A stretch of DNA of 64,000 nt from an uncultured delta proteobacterium (lineage in GTDB: Bacteria > Myxococcota > B64-G9). The notes under the pieces were generated by a model. It did not search any database, was not told where the DNA came from, and was given only the letters and a program-made list of their open reading frames with translations. The translations under genes were made by a program, and so were the position numbers. Positions 11,877 through 22,167 of this stretch are shown piece after piece. Every line of letters starts with the position of its first letter. The stretch's first letter is position 1. The stretch is from assembly GCA_963754925.1 (NCBI GenBank), contig CAVWHX010000006.1, positions 64,001 through 128,000 on the forward strand, read 5' to 3'.

Positions 11877-12403
11877 ATTTGTGGCGTAACATCAAGGGAA
11901 CGGTGCTTCCGTTCTGGGTGACGCTGCGTACCATGTTCCGCAGACCAGTGACCATCCAGTATCCGGAGCAGAAGCGTGTGCCTTCAGCGCGCTACCGGGC
12001 GCGGATTGTTCTCACCCGCGATCCCGACGGAGGGGAGCGCTGCGTAGCCTGCTACCTTTGCAGCGCCGCATGTCCAGTCGACTGCATCTCGATGCAGGCC
12101 GCGGAGGACTCAAACCATCGGCGCTATGCCGCTTGGTTTAGAATCAACTTCAGCCGCTGCATCTTTTGTGGCTTGTGCGCCGAGGCCTGTCCGACGCTCG
12201 CCATCCAGATGACCCCGGACTACGAAATATGCAAGCGCAATCCGCTCGACCTGGTCTACGAGAAGGAGGAATTATTGATAGCAAGCGGCGGCAAAGACGA
12301 CCGCTACAACTTCTACCGACATGCCGGTATCGGCGTGGTCAATCCGCGGGGCGGCAACGACGACGAAAATCCCCCCGAGGATATCCTCAGCAATATGCCC
12401 TGA
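11873..12403 (+). CDS. nuoI: NADH-quinone oxidoreductase subunit I
   Basis: TIQYPE, CVACYLCSAACP, CIFCGLCAEACP; ATG at 11873. Confidence 0.95.
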   Translation: MNLWRNIKGTVLPFWVTLRTMFRRPVTIQYPEQKRVPSARYRARIVLTRDPDGGERCVACYLCSAACPVDCISMQAAEDSNHRRYAAWFRINFSRCIFCGLCAEACPTLAIQMTPDYEICKRNPLDLVYEKEELLIASGGKDDRYNFYRHAGIGVVNPRGGNDDENPPEDILSNMP

Positions 12404-12412
12404 GAGGACAGC

Positions 12413-12934
12413 ATGCAGGCGATTTTGTTTTACACCTTGGGAGCAGCAGCGGTGACGGCGACGCTGTTGTGTGTTACCCGGCGCAATGTGGTGCACGCGA
12501 TACTGTATCTCGTCAACGCCCTCTTTTCGTTGGCACTCATGTTTTACCAACTGGGGGCGCCGTTGGTGGCCGCCTGGGAGGTGATCATTTACGCCGGCGC
12601 CATCATGGTTCTGTTCTTGTTCATCATCATGATGTTCGAGCCGACGCCCATAGCCGGAGTCAAAGGCAATGTCTGGTTGCGCTGGGGCCCGCTGATGCTG
12701 CTTTCAGGGGTGTTGTTGACGGTCACCGTCCTGCTGATGGCCGTCGATCCGGCGAGAAACAGCGGCGTGCCCAGCTACTATGCTTCGCCGCAGGTGTTCG
12801 GCTTTACGTTGTTTCATGAGTATGCCCTGGCGGTTGAAGTGATCTCGTTCCAACTGCTCTTTGCTGCAGTGGGCGCGTACTACGTCGGCCGCTCTGATCC
12901 GGAGGCGCACGCGAAGAAGGGAGAGCGGCGGTGA
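12413..12934 (+). CDS. nuoJ: NADH-quinone oxidoreductase subunit J
   Basis: VIIYAGAIMVLFLFIIMM; operon position. Confidence 0.94.
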   Translation: MQAILFYTLGAAAVTATLLCVTRRNVVHAILYLVNALFSLALMFYQLGAPLVAAWEVIIYAGAIMVLFLFIIMMFEPTPIAGVKGNVWLRWGPLMLLSGVLLTVTVLLMAVDPARNSGVPSYYASPQVFGFTLFHEYALAVEVISFQLLFAAVGAYYVGRSDPEAHAKKGERR

Positions 12935-13236
12935 TCGTTCCGTTCGGCCATGTGCTGGTTATCTCGGCGATCCTGTTTTTTCTGGGGTTGTGGTGCGTCT
13001 TGGCCCGCCGCAACCTGATCCTGATACTGATTGGCGTCGAGGTGATGCTCAACGGCGTCGGCCTTACGTTGGTGGGGGCTTCGGCGCTGTGGGGCGTGGT
13101 GGACGGCCAAGTATTCGTGGTGTTTCTGATGGCGCTCACTTCTGCCGAGGTGTCCATATCGCTGGCCATGGTGGTGTATCTGAAGCGGCGCAAGGGCACG
13201 CTCGATCCGGACGAATTCGACGCAATGAAAGGATGA
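12931..13236 (+). CDS. nuoK: NADH-quinone oxidoreductase subunit K
   Basis: RRNLI, GVEVMLNG, SAEVSISLA. Confidence 0.94.
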   Translation: MIVPFGHVLVISAILFFLGLWCVLARRNLILILIGVEVMLNGVGLTLVGASALWGVVDGQVFVVFLMALTSAEVSISLAMVVYLKRRKGTLDPDEFDAMKG

Positions 13237-13237
13237 T

Positions 13238-15104
13238 ATGGAGGCGCCCCTGTTTCTGATTGTGTTGTTCCCGTTGGCCGGCGGAACGCTCAACGCCGTA
13301 GCGGGGATGCGCTTGCCACGGGCTCTTTCGAACGGCCTGGCGGTGGCGGGAGTGGTCCTCTCGGCGTTGCTGACGGCCTGGTTGTGGCCGCTTTCGGAAG
13401 GCGCGGGAACGCGCGTCACGCTGTTTACCTGGGTTGTTTCTGGTGAGGTCCGAGCCACGTTCGGCATTTTGTTCGACCACCTCGCGGCGCCGATGGCGCT
13501 CATGGTGACAGTGGTATCCTCGCTGATTCACCTGTACGCAGTCGGCTATATGAAGGATGAAGCCGACTACGCCCGCTTTTTCGCCCTGCTCAACTTCTTT
13601 GTCTTTGCCATGCTCACCATTGTGCTGGCCGATAATCTGGTGTTGTTGTTTCTCGGGTGGGAGGGCGTCGGTTTCCTGCTCCTACGCTTTAATCGGCTTT
13701 TGGTACCGCGAGCAGCGAAACGCCGATGCCGGACGCAAGGCCTTCCTGGTGACCCGCGTGGGCGACGTATTCCTGATGGTAGCCATCGTGTGGTTCTTCT
13801 CCTTGATCGGCACGGTTTCGATCCCCGAGATCAACGCCCGCGCCGCCGGTCTCGATCCGACGATCGTGACCATCCTGGCGCTGCTGTTGTTGGGCGGCGC
13901 GGTGGGCAAATCAGCGCAGTTGCCGCTGATGACCTGGTTGCCCGACGCCATGGCCGGTCCCACGCCGGTTTCGGCGCTCATACACGCCGCCACCATGGTT
14001 ACCGCTGGGGTGTACCTGTTGTGTCGCATGTTCCCGGTGGTCTCGCTCTCAGCCACGGCGATGGCGGTCATTTCGGTGGTGGGGGCCGGCACCGCCCTGT
14101 ACGCCGCCACGTGCGCCCTGGCGCAACGCGAGATCAAGCGGGTGTTGGCCTATTCAACCATGAGCCAGGTGGGCTTCATGTTCCTCGGGGTAGGGGCGGG
14201 GACGGTGGTCGGGGCCATGTTTCATTTGCTGACCCACGCGTTTTTCAAGGCGGTGCTCTTTATGGGTGCCGGCGTCATCATACACCTGACCGGCAACGAG
14301 AACGACATTTTCAAAATGGGCGGTTTGAGAAACAAGAACCCGCTTCTGTTCTGGAGCTTCTTGGCCGGGGCCGTTTGCCTTGCCGGAGTCCCGTTGACCG
14401 GAGGGTTCTTCTCCAAGGATGCTATCTTGGTGGCCGACCTTGCGGCCGGAACGCCGTTGGCCTTGGCCGCGGGTGCGTCAGCCCTGGTAGCCGCGCTCCT
14501 GACGGTCGTGTATACCTCCCGTTTGGTGATTCTGGTTTTCGCGGGCCAAGAACGCAGGCCCATAGGCCACCATTCGGTGCCGAACTTAATGCTTTGGACG
14601 CTTCCGCCGCTGGCCATCCTGGGACTCATGGGCGGGTTGATAAACCTCCCGCACTCTTGGGGCGGCTCGGAAATTCTCGGAAGATGGCTGGGCTTGCCTT
14701 CGGGCGCGGCTGAGACATCAACGGCCTTGGAATGGGGGATGGCGATTTTTACCGTAGGCCTGGTGATGGGGGGATGGTTGCTGGCCTGGAGGCGCTACCG
14801 GCTGTTGCGTTCGCCTTCGACCTCGATCGTGAGCTCGTTCTTACTTTCGGGTTGGCGAGCCGACCGGCTGGTTGAGTTGCTGGTGTTGGTGCCGTTCCGG
14901 GCGCTCGCAACGTTTTTCTGGAACGGCGTGGACGGCGCGGTGATCGACGGCGGGCTCGACCGTCTGGCCCGGACCTGCTGGTCGGGCGGAGAGTTGCTCC
15001 GGCGGTTGACCACCGGCCGGCTATCGAACTACCTAGCGGCCATGGCGCTTGGGTTGCTCACCATCCTAGCCTTGTTTGCCGCCCAGTTCTGGCTTGCTGG
15101 TTGA
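13238..15104 (+). CDS. nuoL: NADH-quinone oxidoreductase subunit L, split by an extra C near 13675
   Basis: GWEGVG(F/CSY)LIGFW, KAFLVTRVGD, GKSAQLPL, WLPDAMAGPTPVSALIHAATMV, THAFFKA across two frames. Confidence 0.93.
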
Positions 15105-15116
15105 GGAGATGCGGTA

Positions 15117-16610
15117 ATGGCCGTGCTTTCGTCGTTGCCGGTGCTGACCATCCTAGTGCTGCTGCCCCTGGTCGGAGCCAGCGCCTGCCTCGCGCTGCGT
15201 CGATCCGAGACAGCCTGCCGTTGGCTGGCTCTCGGGTCCACGGTAGCGGCGTTTGGCTTGAGCGGCTGGCTCTCGAGCGCGGCCGCGACGGCGGGGTCGA
15301 GGTGGTTGCGCTTCGAAGACTTCAGTTGGATTCCAAGACTCGGCATCCGCTTCACCCTCGGTCTGGACGGCCTTTCCCTGGTGCTGGTGCTGCTGACGTC
15401 GTTTCTGTTGGTGGTCTCGGTGCTCGTGAGCTGGCGGCGTGAGCAGGGTCATACGCCGCTATTTTACGCTGCGCTCCTGATCATGGAGTCGGGGATCTTG
15501 GGCGTATTCTTGGCCCTTGACCTTATTTTATTTTATCTGTTTTGGGAGATCATGCTCATCCCGATGTTCTTTCTGATCGGCATATGGGGACACGGCCGGC
15601 GCATCTACGCAGCGGTGAAATTTTTCCTTTTTACCTTGGCCGGCAGCCTGTTGATGCTGCTTGCCATTCTGTCGCTGTACGTGTTGCACGGACAGCAGAC
15701 CGGCCAGTACTCGTTCGCCCTCGAGGCGCTGAAGGCAACAGCGGTCCCCAACTCCCTCGCTCCCTGGCTGTTCGGCGCCTTTCTGGTGGCCTTTGCAGTC
15801 AAGGTGCCGTTGGTTCCCCTGCACACCTGGCTTCCCGACGCCCACACCGAGGCTCCCACCGCCGGCTCGGTCATCTTGGCCGGCCTGCTGCTCAAGACCG
15901 GGGTCTACGGGATCATGCGCTTCGGCTTTCCCTTGTTCCCGGGGCCTGCAAAGGCAAGCCTACCCTTGTTGGCCGCGCTCGCACTGGTCGGTATCTACTA
16001 TGGGGCCTGGGTGGCGTTTGCTCAGCGCGACGCCAAGAGATTGGTGGCCTACTCTTCGGTGGCGCATATGGGGCTTTTGATACTGGGCCTGACGGCCATG
16101 AACGCCATCGCCTGGGAGGGCAGCGTATTGCAGATGCTTAACCACGGCATCACCACCGGAGCGCTCTTTGCCCTGGTGGGCATGATCGACGAGCGGGCGC
16201 ATACGAGGCGCATCGACGAGCTCGGCGGTCTGTGGGCGCGGGCGCCGGTCCTATCCGGGTTCTTCCTGTTCTTCGCGCTGGCATCAATGGGGTTGCCGGG
16301 CTTGAACAACTTTGTCGGGGAGTTTTTGATTTTGGTCGGGACGTTTCAAACCCATCCATGGCTCGGCGCCTTGGCTGCCGGCGGCATGGTATTCGCGGCG
16401 GCGTACCTCTTACGTTTGATACAGGGGGTGCTCTGGGGCGCGCCGAAAGGTAACGAGCCGTGGTCAGACCTCACCTTCCGGGAAGGACTGGTGCTGGTAC
16501 CGATGGCTCTCCTAACGCTGTGGTTGGGAATCTATCCGGCACCATTCCAAGAGCCTACCGCCCGCCTGCTGCAGACGATGGTGAATGCCTTGACGGGAGG
16601 TTCTCCGTGA
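15117..16610 (+). CDS. nuoM: NADH-quinone oxidoreductase subunit M
   Basis: FYLFWE, VKVPLVPLHTWLPDAHTEAP, LLKTGVYG, AYSSVAHMG, GLPGLNNFVGE. Confidence 0.96.
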   Translation: MAVLSSLPVLTILVLLPLVGASACLALRRSETACRWLALGSTVAAFGLSGWLSSAAATAGSRWLRFEDFSWIPRLGIRFTLGLDGLSLVLVLLTSFLLVVSVLVSWRREQGHTPLFYAALLIMESGILGVFLALDLILFYLFWEIMLIPMFFLIGIWGHGRRIYAAVKFFLFTLAGSLLMLLAILSLYVLHGQQTGQYSFALEALKATAVPNSLAPWLFGAFLVAFAVKVPLVPLHTWLPDAHTEAPTAGSVILAGLLLKTGVYGIMRFGFPLFPGPAKASLPLLAALALVGIYYGAWVAFAQRDAKRLVAYSSVAHMGLLILGLTAMNAIAWEGSVLQMLNHGITTGALFALVGMIDERAHTRRIDELGGLWARAPVLSGFFLFFALASMGLPGLNNFVGEFLILVGTFQTHPWLGALAAGGMVFAAAYLLRLIQGVLWGAPKGNEPWSDLTFREGLVLVPMALLTLWLGIYPAPFQEPTARLLQTMVNALTGGSP

Positions 16611-18022
16611 CGCTGCAAGACCTCGCCGGATTGCTGCCAGTGCTCACGCTCGCTTCGGGAAGCATCCTGTTGCTGTTGCTCGGGTTGTGGTGGCCACGGC
16701 GGCAGGCGTTGCTGTTCATCGGCGTTATCGTAGCGGCCGCGGCCGCGGTCGTTGCGTTGCTAACCGCGCCGTCGGCAGCCGAAGTCGGGGGCATGTTCTC
16801 GACCGGCGGCTACGCACGGTTTTTCGATGTCGTCTGGTCGTTGGTTGCGGCGGTTACGCTGCTCCTCTCCTGGCGCTACGCCGCAACGCGCGGGTTTTCG
16901 GGCGGGGAGTATGTTTCGCTGGTGTTATTCGCCGGCGCCGGCATGGCCCTGCTTTCCGCGGCCACATCGCTGGTGGGTCTTTTTGTCGGGCTGGAGGCGT
17001 TTACCCTGGTGCTGTATATCCTCATCGCGTTCGACAAGAAAAGCGGTGCCGGCGCCGAGGGCGGCCTCAAGTATCTCGTGCTCGGCGTCGTAACCACGAG
17101 CTCATTGGCGTTCGGGATCGCGCTCATCTTCGCCTCCTCCGGGACCTTCCACCTTCCCGAGGCCATGGCCGGGATAGCGGCGGGAACCGGGCTTCGGCCC
17201 CTGGGCCTGATCGGCTGGGCCCTGCTAGTGCTGACGGCCGGTTTCAAGGTTTCGCTCGTGCCGTTTCACTTCTGGACCCCTGACGTTTACCAAGGGGCGC
17301 CCGCGCCCGTGGCCGGGTTGCTCTCAGCCGGCTCCAAGGGAGCGGTGTTCGCGGTTCTGGTAACGCTCGCCGCCGGGATGGCCGCGCGCTGGCGGGATCT
17401 GTCCCCCGTATTGTGGTGGATTGCGGCCTTGACCATGCTGGTGGGAACCTTGAGCGCATTGTTCCAGGAAAACATAAAGCGCCTGCTGGCCTACTCCTCG
17501 GTGGTGCATATGGGTTATGTCCTGGTCGGTCTGTTGGCCGGCGGGACGGCCGGTCGGCAGGCGGTGGTCTTCTACCTTGTGTTCTACGCTATCGCAAGCC
17601 TGGCAACCTTCGGCGTGATCGCCTCGTTTTCGGATAGCAGCGGTGAACCAATGCTGGTCTCCGATTACCGCGGCGCCGGTTACCGCTATCCCTTCCGCGC
17701 GGCGGTGCTCACCGTGAGCTTGCTGGCGCTCGCGGGAATTCCCCCAACGGGGGGATTCATCGCCAAACTCAATGTATTTGGCGCGGCCATCCAGTCCGAC
17801 TACCTCGGGCTCGCGGTGCTCGCTATTGTGGCCTCGTTGATCTCGTTGTACTACTACCTGCGGATCATCATCGCCCTGTTCATGGTCGAGGAGCCCGGTC
17901 GAAAACTTCCCGCTACCGGCCCGGTGGAGACGCTCGCGCTCGGTCTCTGTCTGATCCTGATCCTGGCCTTGGGTGTGTTCCCCGGTCCGCTCCTCGATAT
18001 CATCGGACAGATTCTCGGGTAA
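16607..18022 (+). CDS. nuoN: NADH-quinone oxidoreductase subunit N
   Basis: EGGLKY, FKVSLVPFHFWTPDVYQGAP, KRLLAYSS, LAGIPPTGGF; GTG at 16607 overlaps nuoM stop. Confidence 0.95.
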   Translation: MTLQDLAGLLPVLTLASGSILLLLLGLWWPRRQALLFIGVIVAAAAAVVALLTAPSAAEVGGMFSTGGYARFFDVVWSLVAAVTLLLSWRYAATRGFSGGEYVSLVLFAGAGMALLSAATSLVGLFVGLEAFTLVLYILIAFDKKSGAGAEGGLKYLVLGVVTTSSLAFGIALIFASSGTFHLPEAMAGIAAGTGLRPLGLIGWALLVLTAGFKVSLVPFHFWTPDVYQGAPAPVAGLLSAGSKGAVFAVLVTLAAGMAARWRDLSPVLWWIAALTMLVGTLSALFQENIKRLLAYSSVVHMGYVLVGLLAGGTAGRQAVVFYLVFYAIASLATFGVIASFSDSSGEPMLVSDYRGAGYRYPFRAAVLTVSLLALAGIPPTGGFIAKLNVFGAAIQSDYLGLAVLAIVASLISLYYYLRIIIALFMVEEPGRKLPATGPVETLALGLCLILILALGVFPGPLLDIIGQILG

Positions 18023-18056
18023 CTGTTCCGACTCTTTAACTTTTCACGAGGGAACC

Positions 18057-20162
18057 ATGGACAAACTTTTTTACCCGGAATCGATCGCGATTGTCGGCTT
18101 GTCGGCAAAGCCGAATAACATCCCTCGGCTGGTCTTGGAAAACCTGATTCGGTGGGGATATCGAGGACGGATATTCGGCGTCAACCAATTATCCAAAGAC
18201 GAACAGGTCGACGGTATCAAGATGTACCAGCAGATGGGCGATCTTCCGATCGTCCCGGACCTGGTGTACGTTCTCATCCCGGCCCGATTTATACCCGATG
18301 CGGTTGAAGCCTGCGGCAAGGTCGGCGTGAAGTGGATGGCCATCCCCTCCGGTGGGTTCAACGAGCTCGGGGGCGAAGGCGACCGGCTTTCCGAACAGGT
18401 GTTGCAAAGGGCTCGGCACTACGGCATCCGATTCGTCGGACCCAATGGCGTCACCGTCGCCAACACGGCCAATGGCCTGTGCCTCCCCTTTGTTCCCTCC
18501 TTCAAGCCCCCCCGGGGCGGGTTGTCCATCATCTCCCAAAGCGGCGGCGTGGGGCTGATGCTCTGGAACCTGATAATCGATGACAACGTCGGCATGGCGA
18601 AGTTTGCCAGCATCGGCAACAAGCTCGACCTTGACGAAGTGGATTTTCTTGAGTACTTCGGTCAGGACCCGGATACCAAGGTGATCTGCCTCTATCTGGA
18701 AAGCATCTCCCGGGGACAAAAACTCATCGAGGTGGCCTCCCGTATTGACAAGCCCGTGATCGTCCTCAAATCCAATACGACGGAGGCCGCCCACAAGGCG
18801 GCCATGAGCCACACGGCGGCGCTTTCCAACGACGACGAGATCATCGATACGGCGTTTGAACGGGCGGGGATCATCCGTATCCGTCAGTTTAATGATTTTA
18901 TCTCCACCGCAAAGGTATTCGCCCTACCGCCCATGCGCGGCAAACGAATCATGGCCATGAGCCCCGCGGGAGGATTCACCGTCATGATGGCGGACCTCTG
19001 CGAGCAGGTCGGCTTTGAATTCGCCGATCCCGGCAAGGAATTCTATGATGAGCTCAAAAAGAGCTCCAACGCCGGCGTGATCAATTTCTCCAATCCCTTG
19101 GACATGGGCGATATCTATGACGCCCAGATGTATCCCCGGATTTTCTACTCGGTCATGCACAATACAAATGTCGACGGAGCGGTGCTGGTTACCCAATGGC
19201 CGGATATGCCGCGCGGCGAAGATGTCTTTTATAGAATGTTTCGCACCGACCTCTCCAAGGAGGTTACCGGGACGCTTCTGTCCTCGGGCAAACCCTTGGC
19301 GGTCTGCCTGTTCGGTCTTTCAAGCACGATCTCCCGGATCAAACAAAACCTCAATTTTCCGATTTTTGACAACGTCCCGGAAATGATAATCGCCCTCAAG
19401 AAACAGAGCGAATACTACGCGAAAAAAGAGCGAGACACGCCGGTGTACCAACTGCCGCCCGGCGTCGATATCCTCGCGGCGAACGCCTGGATAACCGACC
19501 ATACCGGCGTACGGGGCGAGGAATCGCTCGCGTTATTAGAATCGTTCGGCATCCCCGTGGCCGCGTCATCGGTGGCCCGTACGGTTGATGAAGCTCTTGG
19601 CAGCGCTGAGCGTATTGGTTACCCGGTCGTGATGAAGGTTGTTTCGCCCGACGCTATCCACAAATCCGAAGCCGGCGGCGTGGTGCTGGGAGTCGAACAT
19701 GCGACAGCGGTGCGGGATGCCTTTGAGCAGATCAGAAATAACCTGCATCGACACCGGAACGGCGCTGCCTTCCAGGGAGTTCGGGTGATGAAGCAGGCAG
19801 GTGACGGGTACGATATGTTTATCGGCGGATATTACGATGCGTCATTCGGACCGATTGTTTTCTTTGGCTACGGCGGAATCTATGTGGAGGTTTTCAACGA
19901 TACCGTCAATGTCCTGTGTCCGGCCTCCGCCGCAGAAATCGAAAACAAGGTACGCGGACTCAAATCGTATAAAATCTTGAGGGGGGTGCGCGGTAAGGCG
20001 GCAGGCAATGTCGCCGGGTATATCGACATGATTGAGCGGGTGTCCCATCTCCTCCACACATTTCCGCAGATCAAGGAGCTCGATATTAATCCGGTCCGGG
20101 TTCTTGCCGATGGTTCGGGCGTCGTCGCCCTTGATGCGCGGTTGAAAATCGAAGGAGGTTAA
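18057..20162 (+). CDS. Acyl-CoA synthetase (NDP-forming), fused alpha/beta
   Basis: LFYPESIAIVG CoA-binding start, GPNG, SQSGG, SHTAAL, NPLD, ATP-grasp (YPVVMK, HKSEAGGV, ELDINP, ALDAR). Confidence 0.9.
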   Translation: MDKLFYPESIAIVGLSAKPNNIPRLVLENLIRWGYRGRIFGVNQLSKDEQVDGIKMYQQMGDLPIVPDLVYVLIPARFIPDAVEACGKVGVKWMAIPSGGFNELGGEGDRLSEQVLQRARHYGIRFVGPNGVTVANTANGLCLPFVPSFKPPRGGLSIISQSGGVGLMLWNLIIDDNVGMAKFASIGNKLDLDEVDFLEYFGQDPDTKVICLYLESISRGQKLIEVASRIDKPVIVLKSNTTEAAHKAAMSHTAALSNDDEIIDTAFERAGIIRIRQFNDFISTAKVFALPPMRGKRIMAMSPAGGFTVMMADLCEQVGFEFADPGKEFYDELKKSSNAGVINFSNPLDMGDIYDAQMYPRIFYSVMHNTNVDGAVLVTQWPDMPRGEDVFYRMFRTDLSKEVTGTLLSSGKPLAVCLFGLSSTISRIKQNLNFPIFDNVPEMIIALKKQSEYYAKKERDTPVYQLPPGVDILAANAWITDHTGVRGEESLALLESFGIPVAASSVARTVDEALGSAERIGYPVVMKVVSPDAIHKSEAGGVVLGVEHATAVRDAFEQIRNNLHRHRNGAAFQGVRVMKQAGDGYDMFIGGYYDASFGPIVFFGYGGIYVEVFNDTVNVLCPASAAEIENKVRGLKSYKILRGVRGKAAGNVAGYIDMIERVSHLLHTFPQIKELDINPVRVLADGSGVVALDARLKIEGG

Positions 20163-20164
20163 GT

Positions 20165-20248
20165 TAAAAAATTGGGCCCCGAAGCGACGAGCCACACCCT
20201 AAGGGGGGAGGGTAGGTAATAGCCAGTTACGCCGCGGGGCCCTACACG
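20165..20248 (-). ncRNA. Candidate small RNA or structured element with C-rich loop and U-tail
   Basis: Stem gggccccg (20174-81) with cggggccc (20235-42), inner stem accct/agggt, minus-strand loop CCCCCCUU, U6 tail, TGnTATAGT just upstream on minus strand. Confidence 0.45.
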
Positions 20249-20526
20249 AACTATAACATTCAAGGGGCGTTAATTATTCCTATTGTGTACGATGACATCC
20301 CTTCTTTATTAACTTTCGATAGTAGCAGCCAATCACAAGGAAAAAAGAAGATCAAGAAAATGACTACACGGCCGCTACTTTTAAAAAATATAATATATCC
20401 ACGGTACCTGTGCTGTTGGGAACGTCCTATCCTCACCGGCGGTGCCGCTTATGTAAAAACACAAAGGATAGATTTTACGTGGCGCTGGTATAGACAAGTT
20501 GGCATTAAAGACACACATTTCGACCG

Positions 20527-21285
20527 ATGCTTCCCCATATAAATATTCCCCCACTGAAACTGTTCGGACCTATAGAAATCCATGCTTTTGGCGTTCTCGT
20601 TGCCATCGCGGTTCTTCTGGGCTTCTCGCTGGGCAAACGGCGAGCCGCGAAGGTCGGACTAGATCCGAATGTATGCGCCTCGGGGATGACCTGGGGAATT
20701 TTTATAGGTTTCATCGTTGCGCACTGGGTATCCGCCGTCTTCTACTTTCCGGAGAGGGTAAGCGATGATCCTTGGTATCTGCTCAAATTTTGGGACGGTA
20801 TCTCATCCTTTGGGGGGTTTATCGGGGGGATCCTCGGGACCTACCTATATTTCAGAAGAATGAAGGTATCGTACTTGGATTACGCCGAGGCCATTATCTT
20901 TGGTTTAGTGCCGGGCTGGGCGGTTGGACGATTGGCGTGCACGATCGCTTTTGATCATCCCGGTCTCCCGACTGATTTCATCCTAGGCATGATGGATGAT
21001 CAAGGCGTGGTGAGGCATAACCTCGGCTTGTACGAAATGCTGGCGGCTCTGTTCCTGACCGGGTTACTGTACCTTCTGAAAAATGTGCGACCATTCCGCG
21101 GATTTCATCTTGCGCTGGTCATGGTCCTCTACGCGCCGGTGCGATTTATGTGGGATAGCCTGCGGATAGCCGATAGAACGTATCTCGGGTTTACTCCGGG
21201 CCAGTACTTCGCAATACTAATGGCAGTGGCGGCGGCAGGTTGGATGGCCATGGGGTTAATCGACTTTTTACGATCACGAGACTAA
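20527..21285 (+). CDS. lgt: Prolipoprotein diacylglyceryl transferase
   Basis: GISSFGG, GRLAC, HNLGLYE, multiple TM helices. Confidence 0.85.
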   Translation: MLPHINIPPLKLFGPIEIHAFGVLVAIAVLLGFSLGKRRAAKVGLDPNVCASGMTWGIFIGFIVAHWVSAVFYFPERVSDDPWYLLKFWDGISSFGGFIGGILGTYLYFRRMKVSYLDYAEAIIFGLVPGWAVGRLACTIAFDHPGLPTDFILGMMDDQGVVRHNLGLYEMLAALFLTGLLYLLKNVRPFRGFHLALVMVLYAPVRFMWDSLRIADRTYLGFTPGQYFAILMAVAAAGWMAMGLIDFLRSRD

Positions 21286-21295
21286 GGGGAACAAA

Positions 21296-22120
21296 TTGGT
21301 TTCAAAAGAGCTGGCAACCATAACCTACAAAAAAGCATTTATCATTGATATGGATGGCGTCATAACGAAAGGCAGTTCGCTCATCCATGGTTCGAAAGAG
21401 TTCGTCAATCGCCTGAAAAGGGGGCACCACCCGTTTTTGTTTCTCACCAACAATTCGTTCTATACCACCGATGAACTTAGAAGTAGGATGGCTGAGCTCG
21501 GCATCGAAGTGCGAAAAGAGCATTTCTACACCTCGGCCATGGCGACCGCCACCTTCCTGGTGTATCAAAAACCAGGGTGTTCGGCATACGTCATTGGCGG
21601 CAAGGGGCTGTGGCGCGAGCTTGAGAAAAACTCGATCACGATAACGAAGCACAAACCAGACTACGTGATTGTGGGAGAAACTGATGAATACGATTACGCC
21701 AAGATTCGCGAGGCCACTCATCTTATTCAAGAGGGCGCAAAGTTCATCGCCACGAATCCTGATTTGACCGGCCCCACCTCCCGGGGACCGGCCCCGGCCT
21801 GCGGCGCATTGGTTGCGCCCATTGAAAAGGTCACCGGCGTGAGCCCCTATTTCCTCGGCAAACCGAACCCGGCGATGATGTACTGGGCCCGCAGGGCGCT
21901 TTCGGTTCACTCGGCGAATTGTTTTATGATCGGCGACCGCATGGATACGGATATCGTCGGAGGCCTCGAATCGGGCATGACCACCTGCCTGGTCCTGTCC
22001 GGGGTTACCACCCGGGCGTTGGCGTCCCGCTTTCCCTATCAACCGGATTACATTTTTAATGATGTTGGAGAGATCGATCCAAAAACGTTATTGTCACGGC
22101 GCGAACGGTTTCAACGATAG
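21296..22120 (+). CDS. HAD-IIA hydrolase (NagD-like)
   Basis: DMDGV, LTNNS, ATNPD, GKP, IGDRMDTDI, LSGVT. Confidence 0.92.
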   Translation: MVSKELATITYKKAFIIDMDGVITKGSSLIHGSKEFVNRLKRGHHPFLFLTNNSFYTTDELRSRMAELGIEVRKEHFYTSAMATATFLVYQKPGCSAYVIGGKGLWRELEKNSITITKHKPDYVIVGETDEYDYAKIREATHLIQEGAKFIATNPDLTGPTSRGPAPACGALVAPIEKVTGVSPYFLGKPNPAMMYWARRALSVHSANCFMIGDRMDTDIVGGLESGMTTCLVLSGVTTRALASRFPYQPDYIFNDVGEIDPKTLLSRRERFQR

Positions 22121-22167
22121 GTAGGAATGATTACCCCGGCCCTACGGACTCCTGGGTGGTTGTGAAT

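Noticed and set aside
4242..17637. Long antisense and alternate-frame ORFs over the nuo operon
   Set aside because: Shadow ORFs expected in GC-rich coding DNA; no motifs
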